DNA of 32,000 nucleotides from Mucisphaera calidilacus (GTDB lineage Bacteria; Planctomycetota; Phycisphaerae; Phycisphaerales; Phycisphaeraceae): NCBI RefSeq assembly GCF_007748075.1, contig NZ_CP036280.1, positions 2,100,001 to 2,132,000 of the forward strand, read 5' to 3'. Shown piece by piece: positions 23,288 to 32,000 of this stretch (position 1 is its first letter; each line of letters starts with the position of its first letter). The notes under the pieces were generated by a model. It saw only the letters and a program-made list of their open reading frames with translations, ran no database searches and was not told where the DNA came from. The position numbers and the translations under genes were made by a program.

Positions 23288-25237
23288 ATGCGTATCGGAG
23301 TGGACACCGGCGGGACCTTTACGGACCTGATCCTCGCAAACGCAACGGGTGATATTGTCGCGACGCACAAGCTGCTGTCGACGCCTGACGATCCCGGACG
23401 CGCGGTGGTTGATGGCATCGAGGCCTTGCTCGCCGAGGTCGGGGCTGATCACCAGCCCCACGTCGTGCACGGCTCGACGGTCGCGACCAATGCGCTGCTG
23501 GAGGGCAAGGTCGCACGAGCGGCCCTGATCACGACCACCGGATTCGAGGACGTGCTACGCATCGCGCGTCAGAACCGCCCTTCACTGTTTGCGTTGGTGC
23601 CTCAGAAACCCGCGCCGGTCATCGACCGCGGCCGGACCGTGGGCATCAAGCAGCGAACAGGGCCTGAGGGGCAGACGATCTCTCCGATGGATCCGGCATC
23701 AGTCTCCGAAGCCGTCGAGACTCTCGCGGGTCTGCGGCTGGAGTCGATTGCGATCTGTCTGCTGCACAGCTACGCCAACCCCGATGACGAGCGGCGTGTT
23801 GCCCGAGCCGTCCGGGAGCGTTTCGGTGACGCTGTGCACCTGACGGTTTCTCACGAACTGCTGCCCGAGTGGCGCGAGTACGAGCGTACCTCGACCTGCG
23901 CGATCAACGCGGCGGTGGCGCCGCGTATGAACGGATACGTGCAGCGGCTTGCTGCGCGGCTCGGTCCGGATCGCTTGTCGATCATGGCGTCTCACGCGGG
24001 AACGCTCGCCGTCGAAGAGGTTGGTGACCAGCCCGTGCGCACGATCCTCTCGGGACCTGCTGGAGGGGCGTTGGGTGCGCTGGCTGTCGCAAGGTCGCTG
24101 GGGCACGAGCGGATCATCACCTTCGACATGGGCGGCACGAGCACGGACGTCGCGTTGCTTGACGGTGAACCCGGCCTGACGACAGAGGGCGAGGCGGCGG
24201 GCATGCCCGTGCGTCTGCCGATGGTCGACCTGCACACGGTGGGCGCGGGCGGCGGCTCGATGGCCTGGGTTGATGATGGCGGCGCGCTGCGTGTTGGCCC
24301 GGAGAGCTGCGGCGCCGATCCCGGTCCGGCCTGTTACGGTAGGCAGGCAGGCGACCTTGTCCCCGCGGTCACCGATGCCCACGCCGTGCTCGGCAACCTG
24401 CCCCGCGACATCAAGCTTGCCGGCCGCATGGATCTTGAGGTCGCAGCGGCAGAGTCGGCTGTCGACAACATCGCGCACAAACTCGGGCTGGGACGGATCG
24501 AGACGGCCGAGGGCATCCTTGCGGTTGCCGAGTCGACCATGGCCCGCGCGATCCGCAAGGTCTCACTCGAGCGTGGCCACGATCCTTCGGAGTATGCGAT
24601 GGTGAGTTTCGGCGGCGCGGGCGGGCTGCACGCTTGCCGGCTCGCCGAGGCGCTGGGCATGTCGCGCATCATCGTTCCCGCGCACGCGGGGCTGCTGAGT
24701 GCCGTGGGGATGCTGACCGCGGCACGCAGCCTGACCTTCTCGATCGCGGTGGTGCGCACACTCGACGATGCGACGTGCGAGGCGGCGCGTCGGCCAGGCG
24801 TGCTCGCATCACAGATCCTGCCCGAGGCGGCGGCCAGCCTGGAGAAACAGGCGTTGGCCTGGTTCAGCCGCTACGGCGTCCCTGAAACAGACCGCGGGCG
24901 TCGCTGGCAGGCCGATCTCCGCTATCACGGTCAGTCCTTCGAGATCACGGTCGACCTCGACAACACCGACCCGATTGCGAGCTTTGAGTCCGAGCACGAG
25001 CGCTTGTATGGGTACAACCCCGAGGGGCGAGCGATCGAAGTCGTCACGCTGCGTGAGACCGCGAGCGGAGCGGCGGGCACGATCAATTTCCCCGAGATCC
25101 AGACGCCACAGACAGCGGCAGGTCCGGCGATCCTGCGTGATCGTTCGTCGACGCTGCTGGTTCGTGAGGGGTGGCGGGCCTCGACGTCGGCTGAGGGCCA
25201 CACCATGCTGACGCGTATGAACGGAGCTGCATCATGA
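23288..25237 (+). CDS. Hydantoinase/oxoprolinase family protein, A subunit (HyuA-like)
   Basis: Start moved to Met25 of the track ORF, giving the canonical MRIGVDTGGTFTDLIL N-terminus and avoiding overlap with argJ. The internal FDMGGTSTDV motif is present. Confidence 0.85.
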   Translation: MRIGVDTGGTFTDLILANATGDIVATHKLLSTPDDPGRAVVDGIEALLAEVGADHQPHVVHGSTVATNALLEGKVARAALITTTGFEDVLRIARQNRPSLFALVPQKPAPVIDRGRTVGIKQRTGPEGQTISPMDPASVSEAVETLAGLRLESIAICLLHSYANPDDERRVARAVRERFGDAVHLTVSHELLPEWREYERTSTCAINAAVAPRMNGYVQRLAARLGPDRLSIMASHAGTLAVEEVGDQPVRTILSGPAGGALGALAVARSLGHERIITFDMGGTSTDVALLDGEPGLTTEGEAAGMPVRLPMVDLHTVGAGGGSMAWVDDGGALRVGPESCGADPGPACYGRQAGDLVPAVTDAHAVLGNLPRDIKLAGRMDLEVAAAESAVDNIAHKLGLGRIETAEGILAVAESTMARAIRKVSLERGHDPSEYAMVSFGGAGGLHACRLAEALGMSRIIVPAHAGLLSAVGMLTAARSLTFSIAVVRTLDDATCEAARRPGVLASQILPEAAASLEKQALAWFSRYGVPETDRGRRWQADLRYHGQSFEITVDLDNTDPIASFESEHERLYGYNPEGRAIEVVTLRETASGAAGTINFPEIQTPQTAAGPAILRDRSSTLLVREGWRASTSAEGHTMLTRMNGAAS

Positions 25238-26829
25238 GTGACGATCTTGGCCCCATTCAGATCGAGTTGTTCAAGCACCTGCTCGCATCGGTGGCGGAGG
25301 AAATGGGGGTACGCTTGATGCGGTCGGCCTACTCGCCCAACATCAAGGAGCGGCGGGATCACTCGTGTGCCGTGTTCGATGCGGAGGGCCGGTTGATCGC
25401 GCAGGCGGCGCACATCCCGGTGCACCTCGGGTCGGCGGCCGCCTCGGTGTGTGCGGTCATGGACGTCTTCGACCCGATGTCGATGCGTGCTGACGACCGC
25501 TTTATCCTCAACGACCCCTACGCGGGCGGGACGCATCTGCCGGATGTCACCGCTGTCGCGCCGGTGGTCGTCGAGGGGCACGACCGCCCTCTTTTTTATG
25601 TCGCCAACCGTGCCCACCACGCCGACGTCGGCGGCTCGCGTCCCGGCTCGCTGCCGCTGAGCCGCTCGATTGACGAGGAGGGAGTTCGCTTCGGCCCGTC
25701 ACGTTTTGACGCCGAGTTCATCAATAGCTTTGCGGATCAGACACGCACGCCTGACGAGCGTCGCGGCGACCTGTTCGCCCAGATGGCCGGACTGGAGCTG
25801 GGCATCGAGCGCATGTGTGACCTGTGCGCTCGTCAGGGCACCGAGCGAACCGTTCACGCCGGTGAGGCGTTGCGGGGCTACACCGAGCGCATGATGCGAC
25901 ACGTCATCGCCGACCTCCCCGACGGCGGCTACAGCTTCGAGGATGTGCTGGATAACGACCCGATCAATCCTGAGAACGGGCCCGTCGCGATCCGCGTGAC
26001 GGTCACCATTCAGGGCGAGACGGCCACCGTGGACTACAGCGGCAGCGACGGTCAGATGGCCGGCCCGCTCAACGCCGTACGCGCGATCACTCTGGCTGCG
26101 ACGCAGTACGTCTTCCGCTGCCTGGGTCCTGCCGACGTTCCTGACAACGCCGGCCTGCTGGCGCCGCTCGACGTCGTCACGCGTCCCGGCTCGGTCGTCG
26201 ATGCGCAGGCACCCGCCGCGGTGGCGGGGGGTAATGTGGAGACCTCGCAACGCATCGTGGACGTGCTCTTCGGTGCGTTAGCGCAGGCCACACCCGAGCG
26301 TGTTCCCGCTGCTTCGGCGGGCTCGATGACCAACCTGACCATGGGCGGCGACGATCATCGGCGGACCCCGACCGAGCCGTTTACCTACTACGAGACGATC
26401 GCGGGTGGTGCCGGCGCGGGGCCGCGGCACGACGGAGCGAGTTGTGTACACGTCCACATGACCAACACGCTTAACACGCCCGTCGAGACCTTCGAGCACG
26501 CCTACCCCGTGCTGATCGACGGGGTTCGTGTCCATGATGACTCAGGTGGCGCGGGCCTGCACAGGGGCGGCGACGGCATGGTGCGCACCTACCGATTTAC
26601 CGGTCCGACCGAGGTCACCCTGATCGCGGAAAGACACATGAATTCGCCCTACGGCCTCGCCGGTGGTCAACCCGGATCGCCCGGCAGGGCAAGGCTGATC
26701 CGCGCCGATGGCAGCACGCAGGAGTTGGGCGGACGTTTCGAGCGACGTTTCGAGGCGGGTGAGTGCCTGGAAGTCTGCACGCCCGCGGGCGGCGGCTGGG
26801 GAACGACCGAGGCATGCGATAAGCTTTGA
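25234..26829 (+). CDS. Hydantoinase B/oxoprolinase family protein (HyuB-like)
   Basis: 531 aa. Its ATGA start overlaps the A-subunit stop. Motifs include NIKERRDHSCAVFD, NDPYAGGTHLPD, GGNVETSQRIVD and HMTNTLNTPVE. Confidence 0.85.
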   Translation: MSDDLGPIQIELFKHLLASVAEEMGVRLMRSAYSPNIKERRDHSCAVFDAEGRLIAQAAHIPVHLGSAAASVCAVMDVFDPMSMRADDRFILNDPYAGGTHLPDVTAVAPVVVEGHDRPLFYVANRAHHADVGGSRPGSLPLSRSIDEEGVRFGPSRFDAEFINSFADQTRTPDERRGDLFAQMAGLELGIERMCDLCARQGTERTVHAGEALRGYTERMMRHVIADLPDGGYSFEDVLDNDPINPENGPVAIRVTVTIQGETATVDYSGSDGQMAGPLNAVRAITLAATQYVFRCLGPADVPDNAGLLAPLDVVTRPGSVVDAQAPAAVAGGNVETSQRIVDVLFGALAQATPERVPAASAGSMTNLTMGGDDHRRTPTEPFTYYETIAGGAGAGPRHDGASCVHVHMTNTLNTPVETFEHAYPVLIDGVRVHDDSGGAGLHRGGDGMVRTYRFTGPTEVTLIAERHMNSPYGLAGGQPGSPGRARLIRADGSTQELGGRFERRFEAGECLEVCTPAGGGWGTTEACDKL

Positions 26830-26834
26830 GGGAT

Positions 26835-26908
26835 GGCTCCGTAGCCCAATTGGCAGAGGCAGTCGACTTAAAATCGATCCAGTGCGGGTTCGAGTCCCGC
26901 CGGAGCTA
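26835..26908 (+). tRNA. tRNA with anticodon UAA (Leu by anticodon) but a class-I, 5-nt variable loop
   Basis: Hand fold: GGCTCCG TA GCC(C) AATTGGCAG (A)GGC A GTCGA CTTAAAA TCGAT CCAGT GCGGG TTCGAGT CCCGC CGGAGCT A. The T-loop TTCGAGT, G18G19, U8 and U33 are all present. The D-arm, anticodon loop and T-arm resemble tRNA-Leu. Confidence 0.7.
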
Positions 26909-28204
26909 TTGCGGGGGCGGCGGCGCGTCCGAGGCCGCCACACGTTCGTGGACGAAGACGGGGATGTTCGCCGTGGCAGCGGCACCCCGGCCGTCGTGCA
27001 CCGTGACGTAGAGGCGATACTTGCCGGGCTGCTCGGGAAGCCGCAGTTCCGCCATCGTTGTCGACGCCGTCATGATTGCGCCGTCGACGCGACCGGGCTT
27101 GGCCTGGTAATCGCCTCGCGTGTCATACTCGTCCGCTTCGCGATAGTAGGTCCACGTGGCCGTCAGCTCGTCGCCGTCGGGATCGGAGGTCGCGAGTTTG
27201 AAGAGGAGGATCTCGCCGGTCTGTCCCTCGGCGTCACCTTTCGGTTCAATCGGCTCAATGACGGGGCAGAGGTTGTCGGGTTCCTCACCGCCCCAGAGAC
27301 GCGTCATCGTGTCGACCGCAGCGACCTTGCTGCCATCCTCGAGCCACATGCCGAACCAGGTGTGTGTCGCCTCCTGTTTGTGCGACCAGAGGAAAGCGAA
27401 AGAGCCGAGGCACAATTCGGTGTCGGCTTCCAGTGCGGTGTAACTCGTCTCGTAGGTCTCGGCCTTCTGCGTGCTCGTCGGTTCGAGGACCATCTCGTGA
27501 TCGTCCTTGCGAACTTCCCACGTCCCCAACGGGCCGAACTCCGTCACGACATAGGGCCGGGTTCCCCCCTGCTCCCGGAAGCGTTCCGGCAGTGATGGTG
27601 CGCCGCCGTAGCTGTTGATGCCGACCACGTCGATCTCCGGGCAGTGCTTGCGAAGCATGGCGACCTTGTTGCTGCCGATCTCAGCAAAGACCGTCATGAC
27701 CGGGTGTGTGGGATCAAGCTGCTTCGTGAGTACGGCACAGTCCTGGATGTGCTGCCAGAGCACGGGGTCGTCGCCCCCGTCGCCGTGTTCCATCTCGTTG
27801 CCGAGCGCCCACATCAGCACGGCGGGGTGATCGCGAAAACGGATGACCGACTCGCGCACGTGTTCGAGCTGCTCCGCGGTTTGATCGGGATCGTGGTAGT
27901 CGAAACCCTGACGCGTGTGCCCCAACCAGATGCCAACGACCACCTTGAGCCCGTGGCGGTGGGCCTCGTCAAGATAGTCCTTGGTTGTTGGCCCGATACC
28001 CCAGGTCCTGACGGTGTTGCCGCCGGCCTTGACGAGGTCGGCCATGCTGTGGTTGCCGCCGGCCCCCTTGATGCGATACGGCTCGCCGTCGACCTGCAGC
28101 TGCCAGCCGGATTCGGCACGCACGAGTTCAACGTCTGCCGACGCGGCAGAAATTGAGGGCAGGAGCATGGAGAGAGCGATCATCAACGCCTGGAGCGTGC
28201 GCAT
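26906..28204 (-). CDS. Secreted clan GH-A (TIM-barrel) glycoside hydrolase with a C-terminal Ig/PKD-like domain
   Basis: Start trimmed to Met30 of the track ORF, giving signal peptide MRTLQALMIALSMLLPSISAASA. The candidate acid/base is in WALGNEMEH and the candidate nucleophile in YVVTEFGP. The C-terminus has SDPDGDELTATW...YRLYVTVHDGRG. The stop codon overlaps the last 3 nt of the convergent tRNA. Confidence 0.7.
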   Translation of the reverse strand: MRTLQALMIALSMLLPSISAASADVELVRAESGWQLQVDGEPYRIKGAGGNHSMADLVKAGGNTVRTWGIGPTTKDYLDEAHRHGLKVVVGIWLGHTRQGFDYHDPDQTAEQLEHVRESVIRFRDHPAVLMWALGNEMEHGDGGDDPVLWQHIQDCAVLTKQLDPTHPVMTVFAEIGSNKVAMLRKHCPEIDVVGINSYGGAPSLPERFREQGGTRPYVVTEFGPLGTWEVRKDDHEMVLEPTSTQKAETYETSYTALEADTELCLGSFAFLWSHKQEATHTWFGMWLEDGSKVAAVDTMTRLWGGEEPDNLCPVIEPIEPKGDAEGQTGEILLFKLATSDPDGDELTATWTYYREADEYDTRGDYQAKPGRVDGAIMTASTTMAELRLPEQPGKYRLYVTVHDGRGAAATANIPVFVHERVAASDAPPPPQ

Positions 28205-28310
28205 AAACGTTCCTCTGCTGCGGTTCTTTTTGAAAAAGTCGGAGCGGGTTGTGGCCCACCCCGACTCAGGAGGTAATCGATGCGTCGCCACGCATCATCG
28301 TATGCCTTGT

Positions 28311-29189
28311 TTATGATCCGGGAGGTGCGTCGGGGCGGATGTTGCGCTTGAGGATGGAGCCGCGTGCATTGCTCTCCGCGTGGCCGTCGCCGTAGAGCGC
28401 GTTGACGCTGCCGGAGCTGCTGCCCGAGCCGCTGCCGCCGCCGTGCCGCCAGCGAAGGTCCGCCGCACCCTGATCGCCGAGTTTGACAATGCTGTCCACG
28501 TTGGCACCCTCGTTGATCACGTCGTCGCTGTCGGTATCCGAGGAGAGGTGATAATCCAGAGGATCGTCCGCACCGCCCGGGTTTGTTCCCTTGCCGCCGT
28601 TGTAGTCAAGATTCTCCAGCACCGCGAAGGCATCACCGATCTCGGTGAACTGGTTGATCTGCTCGTCGGTCTGGCCTGCGTCTGCAATGACGAGCACCTC
28701 GGAGGCGCGACGCAACGAGCTGGTCTTGTAGTCCTGAATCCGGTTGACAGCACCCAGCGACGATCCATCGCTCCATGTTTCGTTGCGGCGGTCGTAGTGT
28801 TCCTCGCCGTTGTAGAGCGGCATGAGCAACATATTCGCGCCGTAGTGGAGGCCGCCACCGTCGATCGCGGCGCTCGCACACTGGAAGGCGTCCGCGTTGA
28901 GTTGGTCGCCGTTTTCGTAGGAGCCCTGCTGGCCGCTGAAGTACCCCGAGATCAGTGTGGCGTAGTCACGCGTCCCGCTCACGTAGCCGGGAGGATACAG
29001 ATCCTTATTGTCGAGGGTCCAACCAAACAGAGCGATGCCGGTCTGTCGCTGGTTCGAGAGGCACTGCATGCCACGCGCCGTGTTACGCGCCGCGCCCAGA
29101 GCGGGCAGCAGGATGCCGATGAGCAGTGCGATGATCGAGATGACCACCAGCAGTTCAATCAGGGTAAATCCGGTCCGTCGTGTCTTCAT
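28311..29189 (-). CDS. DUF1559 / H-X9-DG-type prepilin-like protein (type IV pilin-like N-terminal methylation domain)
   Basis: The N-terminus is [49 protein letters not shown]. The C-terminal [24 protein letters not shown] is an H...DG motif carrying a Gly/Ser insertion. Confidence 0.85.
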   Translation of the reverse strand: MKTRRTGFTLIELLVVISIIALLIGILLPALGAARNTARGMQCLSNQRQTGIALFGWTLDNKDLYPPGYVSGTRDYATLISGYFSGQQGSYENGDQLNADAFQCASAAIDGGGLHYGANMLLMPLYNGEEHYDRRNETWSDGSSLGAVNRIQDYKTSSLRRASEVLVIADAGQTDEQINQFTEIGDAFAVLENLDYNGGKGTNPGGADDPLDYHLSSDTDSDDVINEGANVDSIVKLGDQGAADLRWRHGGGSGSGSSSGSVNALYGDGHAESNARGSILKRNIRPDAPPGS

Positions 29190-29216
29190 GGTCAGACTCC
29201 TGTCATTTCCGGGTTC

Positions 29217-31121
29217 TTAGTGACGACGCAGGGCAAGGGCGGACAGCCCCAGCAGCGCCAGGCTTGTGGGTTCGGGAACAGACCCGGAAGATTCGAAGTT
29301 GCTGGCGAGGGTAGACAGGTCGAGGAGGTCGACGCTGATATCGCCGTTGAAATCGCCTGTCGACCAGCCGTTGCCGGGCGTGTCGAAGTTCGAGGCGAGC
29401 ACGGAGAGGTCGAGCAGGTCGACCACGCCGTCGAGGTTGGCGTCACCGGGCAGTGATCCAAACTCCGTCAGCCAGTCGAGCGCGTCCTGCTGGTTCAGGA
29501 CGCCGTCCTGGTTGACGTCGAGCGGGTCGCTGGCGTCGGCGTCGCCGCCGCTGATCGTCTGGAGCAGCGTGTCTAGGTCCACGACCGAGGTGTCGCCGTC
29601 GCGGTCAACGTCGAGGATGTCGTAGAGGAAACGCAGCTCGTTGCCATCGACCCAGACAGCGCCGCCCTCGGCAAGGAAGCCGCCCTCGAAGTTATTCGCG
29701 GTCTGAACAAAGACGTGCACGACCTCGATGGCGTAGGTGCCGGCGGGTGCGATCAGGCCGAGGTTGGCCTCGATCCAGGTGTTCTCGGGCGTGGAGGCGA
29801 TGCGGCCGTCGATGATGGTCGCGATCTCGCCGTTGAGCGCCTCCTCGGTGTTGTTGGGGTCCATGATGAGGTTGAAATCCTCATCGAAGAACTGCACCAC
29901 GGTCAGCGCGATGTTCTGTGTGCCGACGATGGAGTCACTGCCCGAGGGTGTGAGCATCCGGAACGTGGCCTCGAACTCCATGTCGTCGAAACTGTGGCCT
30001 GCCTGGTCCTCGGTGACGCGCTGGATCATCACGCTGTCCCCGCCCGAGAAGAAGGAGCCGAAGAACTTGCCCGAGGCGTCGTCGCCGTCGAACGCCGCGA
30101 TGCCCTCGTTGCTCGGTGTCGACTGCGGGAAGGCGTTGCTGAATGCCTTCCAGCCGCCGGTGAAGTTCCCTTCGTCGGGCACACCGAACTCCGGGCCGGG
30201 GTCGGGTGTGAAACTTGAGTCGATCAGGAGGTTGTCGCCACGCACGGTCGTCGAGAGATTGCTGTCGAAGGCCGCTGCCTTCTCGGTCACCTTGATGTAA
30301 TCGATGTTGGCGTCAATAGCCTGATTCTGCGCCTCCACCGAGGTGGGCTGCAGGCTGGCGTCGTACGCCTCACTGAATCCGGCGTCGGTTGCCCAGATGT
30401 TCGCGCGGAGCGTCATCGGATCGTCGGGGACGTTCTCCGTCTCGGTGCGCACGAGCACGTCATCGACGTACCAGTCAACACGATCACGATGCCAATCGAC
30501 TCGGTAGGTGTGGTAGGCGCCCAGGTCGGACACGGGTGTCACGAAAGCACCGTCGCCGGTCACGCCGTTGAAGCCTTCTTCGGAATAGATGTTGGTGAAG
30601 GGGCGATCCTGACCGGAGACCAGTTCGTTGGTGAGCAGTTCGAAGTCGATCTCGTCGCGGACCGGCTCGTTACTGCTGTCCGAACGGGTCACGTCGTAGG
30701 TGAACAGGCCGTTGACGATGCCGCCGACGCCAGCGGGCACGGTGCTCTCGTCGATGCGGGACCGCCACTCGAAGCTCACGCCGCCGCCACGCGCGAAGAC
30801 GCGTTTGGAGATCATCTCGTGACCGTGGAAGGCCTCGCCCGGGTCATCGGGGAAGTAGGTATCGAGGGTGAGGGTCGCGTGGCCGTTCTCCTGCTGCGGG
30901 GTATTCGCGGCGGGATCGACCTTGGCCTGCGTGCGGCCATAGAACGCGGCCGGCCCGTCGGCGGGCAGACGCCAGTCTTCGTAGGCGACATTGCCCGAGC
31001 CGTTGAACTGATCGTCGAGCAGGACCTGCGGCGCATCGGCGATGGCCAAGGCGGGCAGGCAGCCGAGAAGCGTAAGGGTGAGCAGCGAGCGCGTGGTGTG
31101 TGGATTGTGGGACGCAAGCAT
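29217..31121 (-). CDS. GH16 family glycoside hydrolase (laminarinase-like) with CBM-like domain, dockerin-like repeats and PEP-CTERM anchor
   Basis: Signal peptide LLTLTLLGCLPALAIA. GH16 catalytic motif DEIDFELL (ExDxE). Four EF-hand-like dockerin repeats: DVDRDGDTSVVDLDTLL, DVNQDGVLNQQDALDWL, DANLDGVVDLLDLSVLA and DFNGDISVDLLDLSTLA. The C-terminus is VPEPTSLALLGLSALALRRH. Confidence 0.8.
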   Translation of the reverse strand: MLASHNPHTTRSLLTLTLLGCLPALAIADAPQVLLDDQFNGSGNVAYEDWRLPADGPAAFYGRTQAKVDPAANTPQQENGHATLTLDTYFPDDPGEAFHGHEMISKRVFARGGGVSFEWRSRIDESTVPAGVGGIVNGLFTYDVTRSDSSNEPVRDEIDFELLTNELVSGQDRPFTNIYSEEGFNGVTGDGAFVTPVSDLGAYHTYRVDWHRDRVDWYVDDVLVRTETENVPDDPMTLRANIWATDAGFSEAYDASLQPTSVEAQNQAIDANIDYIKVTEKAAAFDSNLSTTVRGDNLLIDSSFTPDPGPEFGVPDEGNFTGGWKAFSNAFPQSTPSNEGIAAFDGDDASGKFFGSFFSGGDSVMIQRVTEDQAGHSFDDMEFEATFRMLTPSGSDSIVGTQNIALTVVQFFDEDFNLIMDPNNTEEALNGEIATIIDGRIASTPENTWIEANLGLIAPAGTYAIEVVHVFVQTANNFEGGFLAEGGAVWVDGNELRFLYDILDVDRDGDTSVVDLDTLLQTISGGDADASDPLDVNQDGVLNQQDALDWLTEFGSLPGDANLDGVVDLLDLSVLASNFDTPGNGWSTGDFNGDISVDLLDLSTLASNFESSGSVPEPTSLALLGLSALALRRH

Positions 31122-31191
31122 CTCTGTAACCTTTCGGATAATCCGATATTGCTGACACTGTGAAGAACGTAAGAACAGGGTCTTAAACGCT

Positions 31192-31215
31192 CCGTGCCCC
31201 CTCGCGAGGGCACGG
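31192..31215 (-). terminator. Hairpin CCGTGCCC-N8-GGGCACGG between two PEP-CTERM genes
   Basis: An 8-bp GC-rich stem lies about 20 nt after the stop of the 31234-31914 gene. The downstream T-tract on the minus strand is weak (GAGCGTTTAAG). Confidence 0.35.
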
Positions 31216-31233
31216 GACGTGATGGAGTTGTCT

Positions 31234-31914
31234 TCAGCGGCGGCGAATCAGGGCCGCGCCACCAAGAGCCAGCAAGCCTGCGCTGGCCGGTTCGGGGACA
31301 ATGGCGAACGATGCGGCGTCAACACCCACCTGGATGTTGGCGAAGTTGCCGTCGTTGGTGAAGCTCTGGACGGCGAGGACGACCTTGGCGTTCACGGCGT
31401 CGTCCGGGGCCACGGTTTCGTTGGTGTACTTGGCCCAGTCGCCGGTGAGTTGATCCTGCAACTCGATGTTGTTGCGGCTGATCTCGCCGCCAACCGCGTT
31501 GATCCACTCGATGCGGAACTCGAAGACGTTGCCGTCATTGACGAATTCACGGGCCCAGATCGAGAAGGCGTAGAGCTCGCCGCCGACGATGCCGGAGACG
31601 TCCTGAACGTGGCCAGCGAAGGCATCAAAACCCGGCGTCACATCGCCCGCAGCGGGGTTGTTGTTACCGGCGATCCGCAGTAAGAGAGCCTTGTCGCCCT
31701 CGAAGACCTCTGTAGCGGGGAGTTGATCGTTGAAGGCGGCGAGTTGCGTTCCGGGAGGGCCTCCGAAGAAGCCGTTCCAGTTGGTGATGTCGGCGAAGTC
31801 GAAGCCGAGATCGCTTTCGAAACCGGGGTTGTTCAGCATGTTCGCTGAGGCGGCCGACGACAGGCCCGCGAGGGCGACGGCGGCAACAAGGGTAAGGGTG
31901 CTGGTTCTCATCAT
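31234..31914 (-). CDS. PEP-CTERM protein with CBM4/9/22-like carbohydrate-binding jelly-roll
   Basis: Start trimmed to MMRTSTLTLVAAVALAGLSSAASA, with a GGAGG Shine-Dalgarno sequence about 9 nt upstream. NMLNNPGFE is a typical CBM_4_9 opening. The C-terminus is VPEPASAGLLALGGAALIRRR. Confidence 0.7.
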   Translation of the reverse strand: MMRTSTLTLVAAVALAGLSSAASANMLNNPGFESDLGFDFADITNWNGFFGGPPGTQLAAFNDQLPATEVFEGDKALLLRIAGNNNPAAGDVTPGFDAFAGHVQDVSGIVGGELYAFSIWAREFVNDGNVFEFRIEWINAVGGEISRNNIELQDQLTGDWAKYTNETVAPDDAVNAKVVLAVQSFTNDGNFANIQVGVDAASFAIVPEPASAGLLALGGAALIRRR

Positions 31915-32000
31915 GATTCTTTTTCCTCCCTGTGCTGGGGCGTCTACGAGACGCTGAAACGGTGTGAATGGGGACATGAACGAGTCACGAAATCACTTGA

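Noticed and set aside
26708-28156. Plus-strand ORFs 26708-27595 and 27644-28156 antisense to the GH gene
   Set aside because: The minus-strand frame has a signal peptide and the GH-A catalytic motifs NE and TEFG. The antisense products are Arg-rich.
1-32000. CRISPR arrays, integrons, rRNA genes or intact prophage or defence operons
   Set aside because: Reading both strands revealed no regularly spaced direct repeats, no rRNA-like sequence, and no intact integrase, recombinase or nuclease-helicase defence modules.

Overview
High-GC (about 60-65%) bacterial chromosome segment, probably Planctomycetota (Phycisphaerae-like). This placement is inferred from a DUF1559/H-X9-DG prepilin-like protein, four PEP-CTERM cargo proteins and a giant protein starting with an LEERVLLSG leader. 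Housekeeping genes: a ligase-associated DNA-damage-response pair (ATP-dependent ligase fragment plus MBL exonuclease), a sulfotransferase, a ZntB-like CorA transporter, gltS, fbaA, argJ, a hydantoinase/oxoprolinase A/B pair, ssrA (tmRNA) and one tRNA. Three regions stand out. (1) One 10,956-nt gene (3238-14193) encodes a 3,651-aa modular surface protein. It has five SdrD-B-like domains, Ig-like modules, two beta-propeller-like regions, two jelly-roll domains and PPC-like domains. A complete I9-prodomain plus S8 subtilisin unit is buried near its C-terminus. (2) A decayed genomic island abuts the 3' end of ssrA (about 17559-19460). It is bounded by an IS5-family transposase pseudogene and an IS3 OrfA stub. 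It carries an AT-rich two-gene cassette: a small Cys-rich protein with phospholipase-A2-like motifs and a family-less lipoprotein, a candidate toxin/immunity or toxin/inhibitor pair. (3) A minus-strand glycan-degradation cluster (26906-31914) comprises a CBM-like PEP-CTERM protein, a GH16-dockerin-PEP-CTERM enzyme, a DUF1559 pseudopilin and a clan GH-A hydrolase. The single tRNA looks like tRNA-Leu(UAA) but lacks the long variable arm. No CRISPR array was seen. Most long antisense ORFs in the track are high-GC artefacts.
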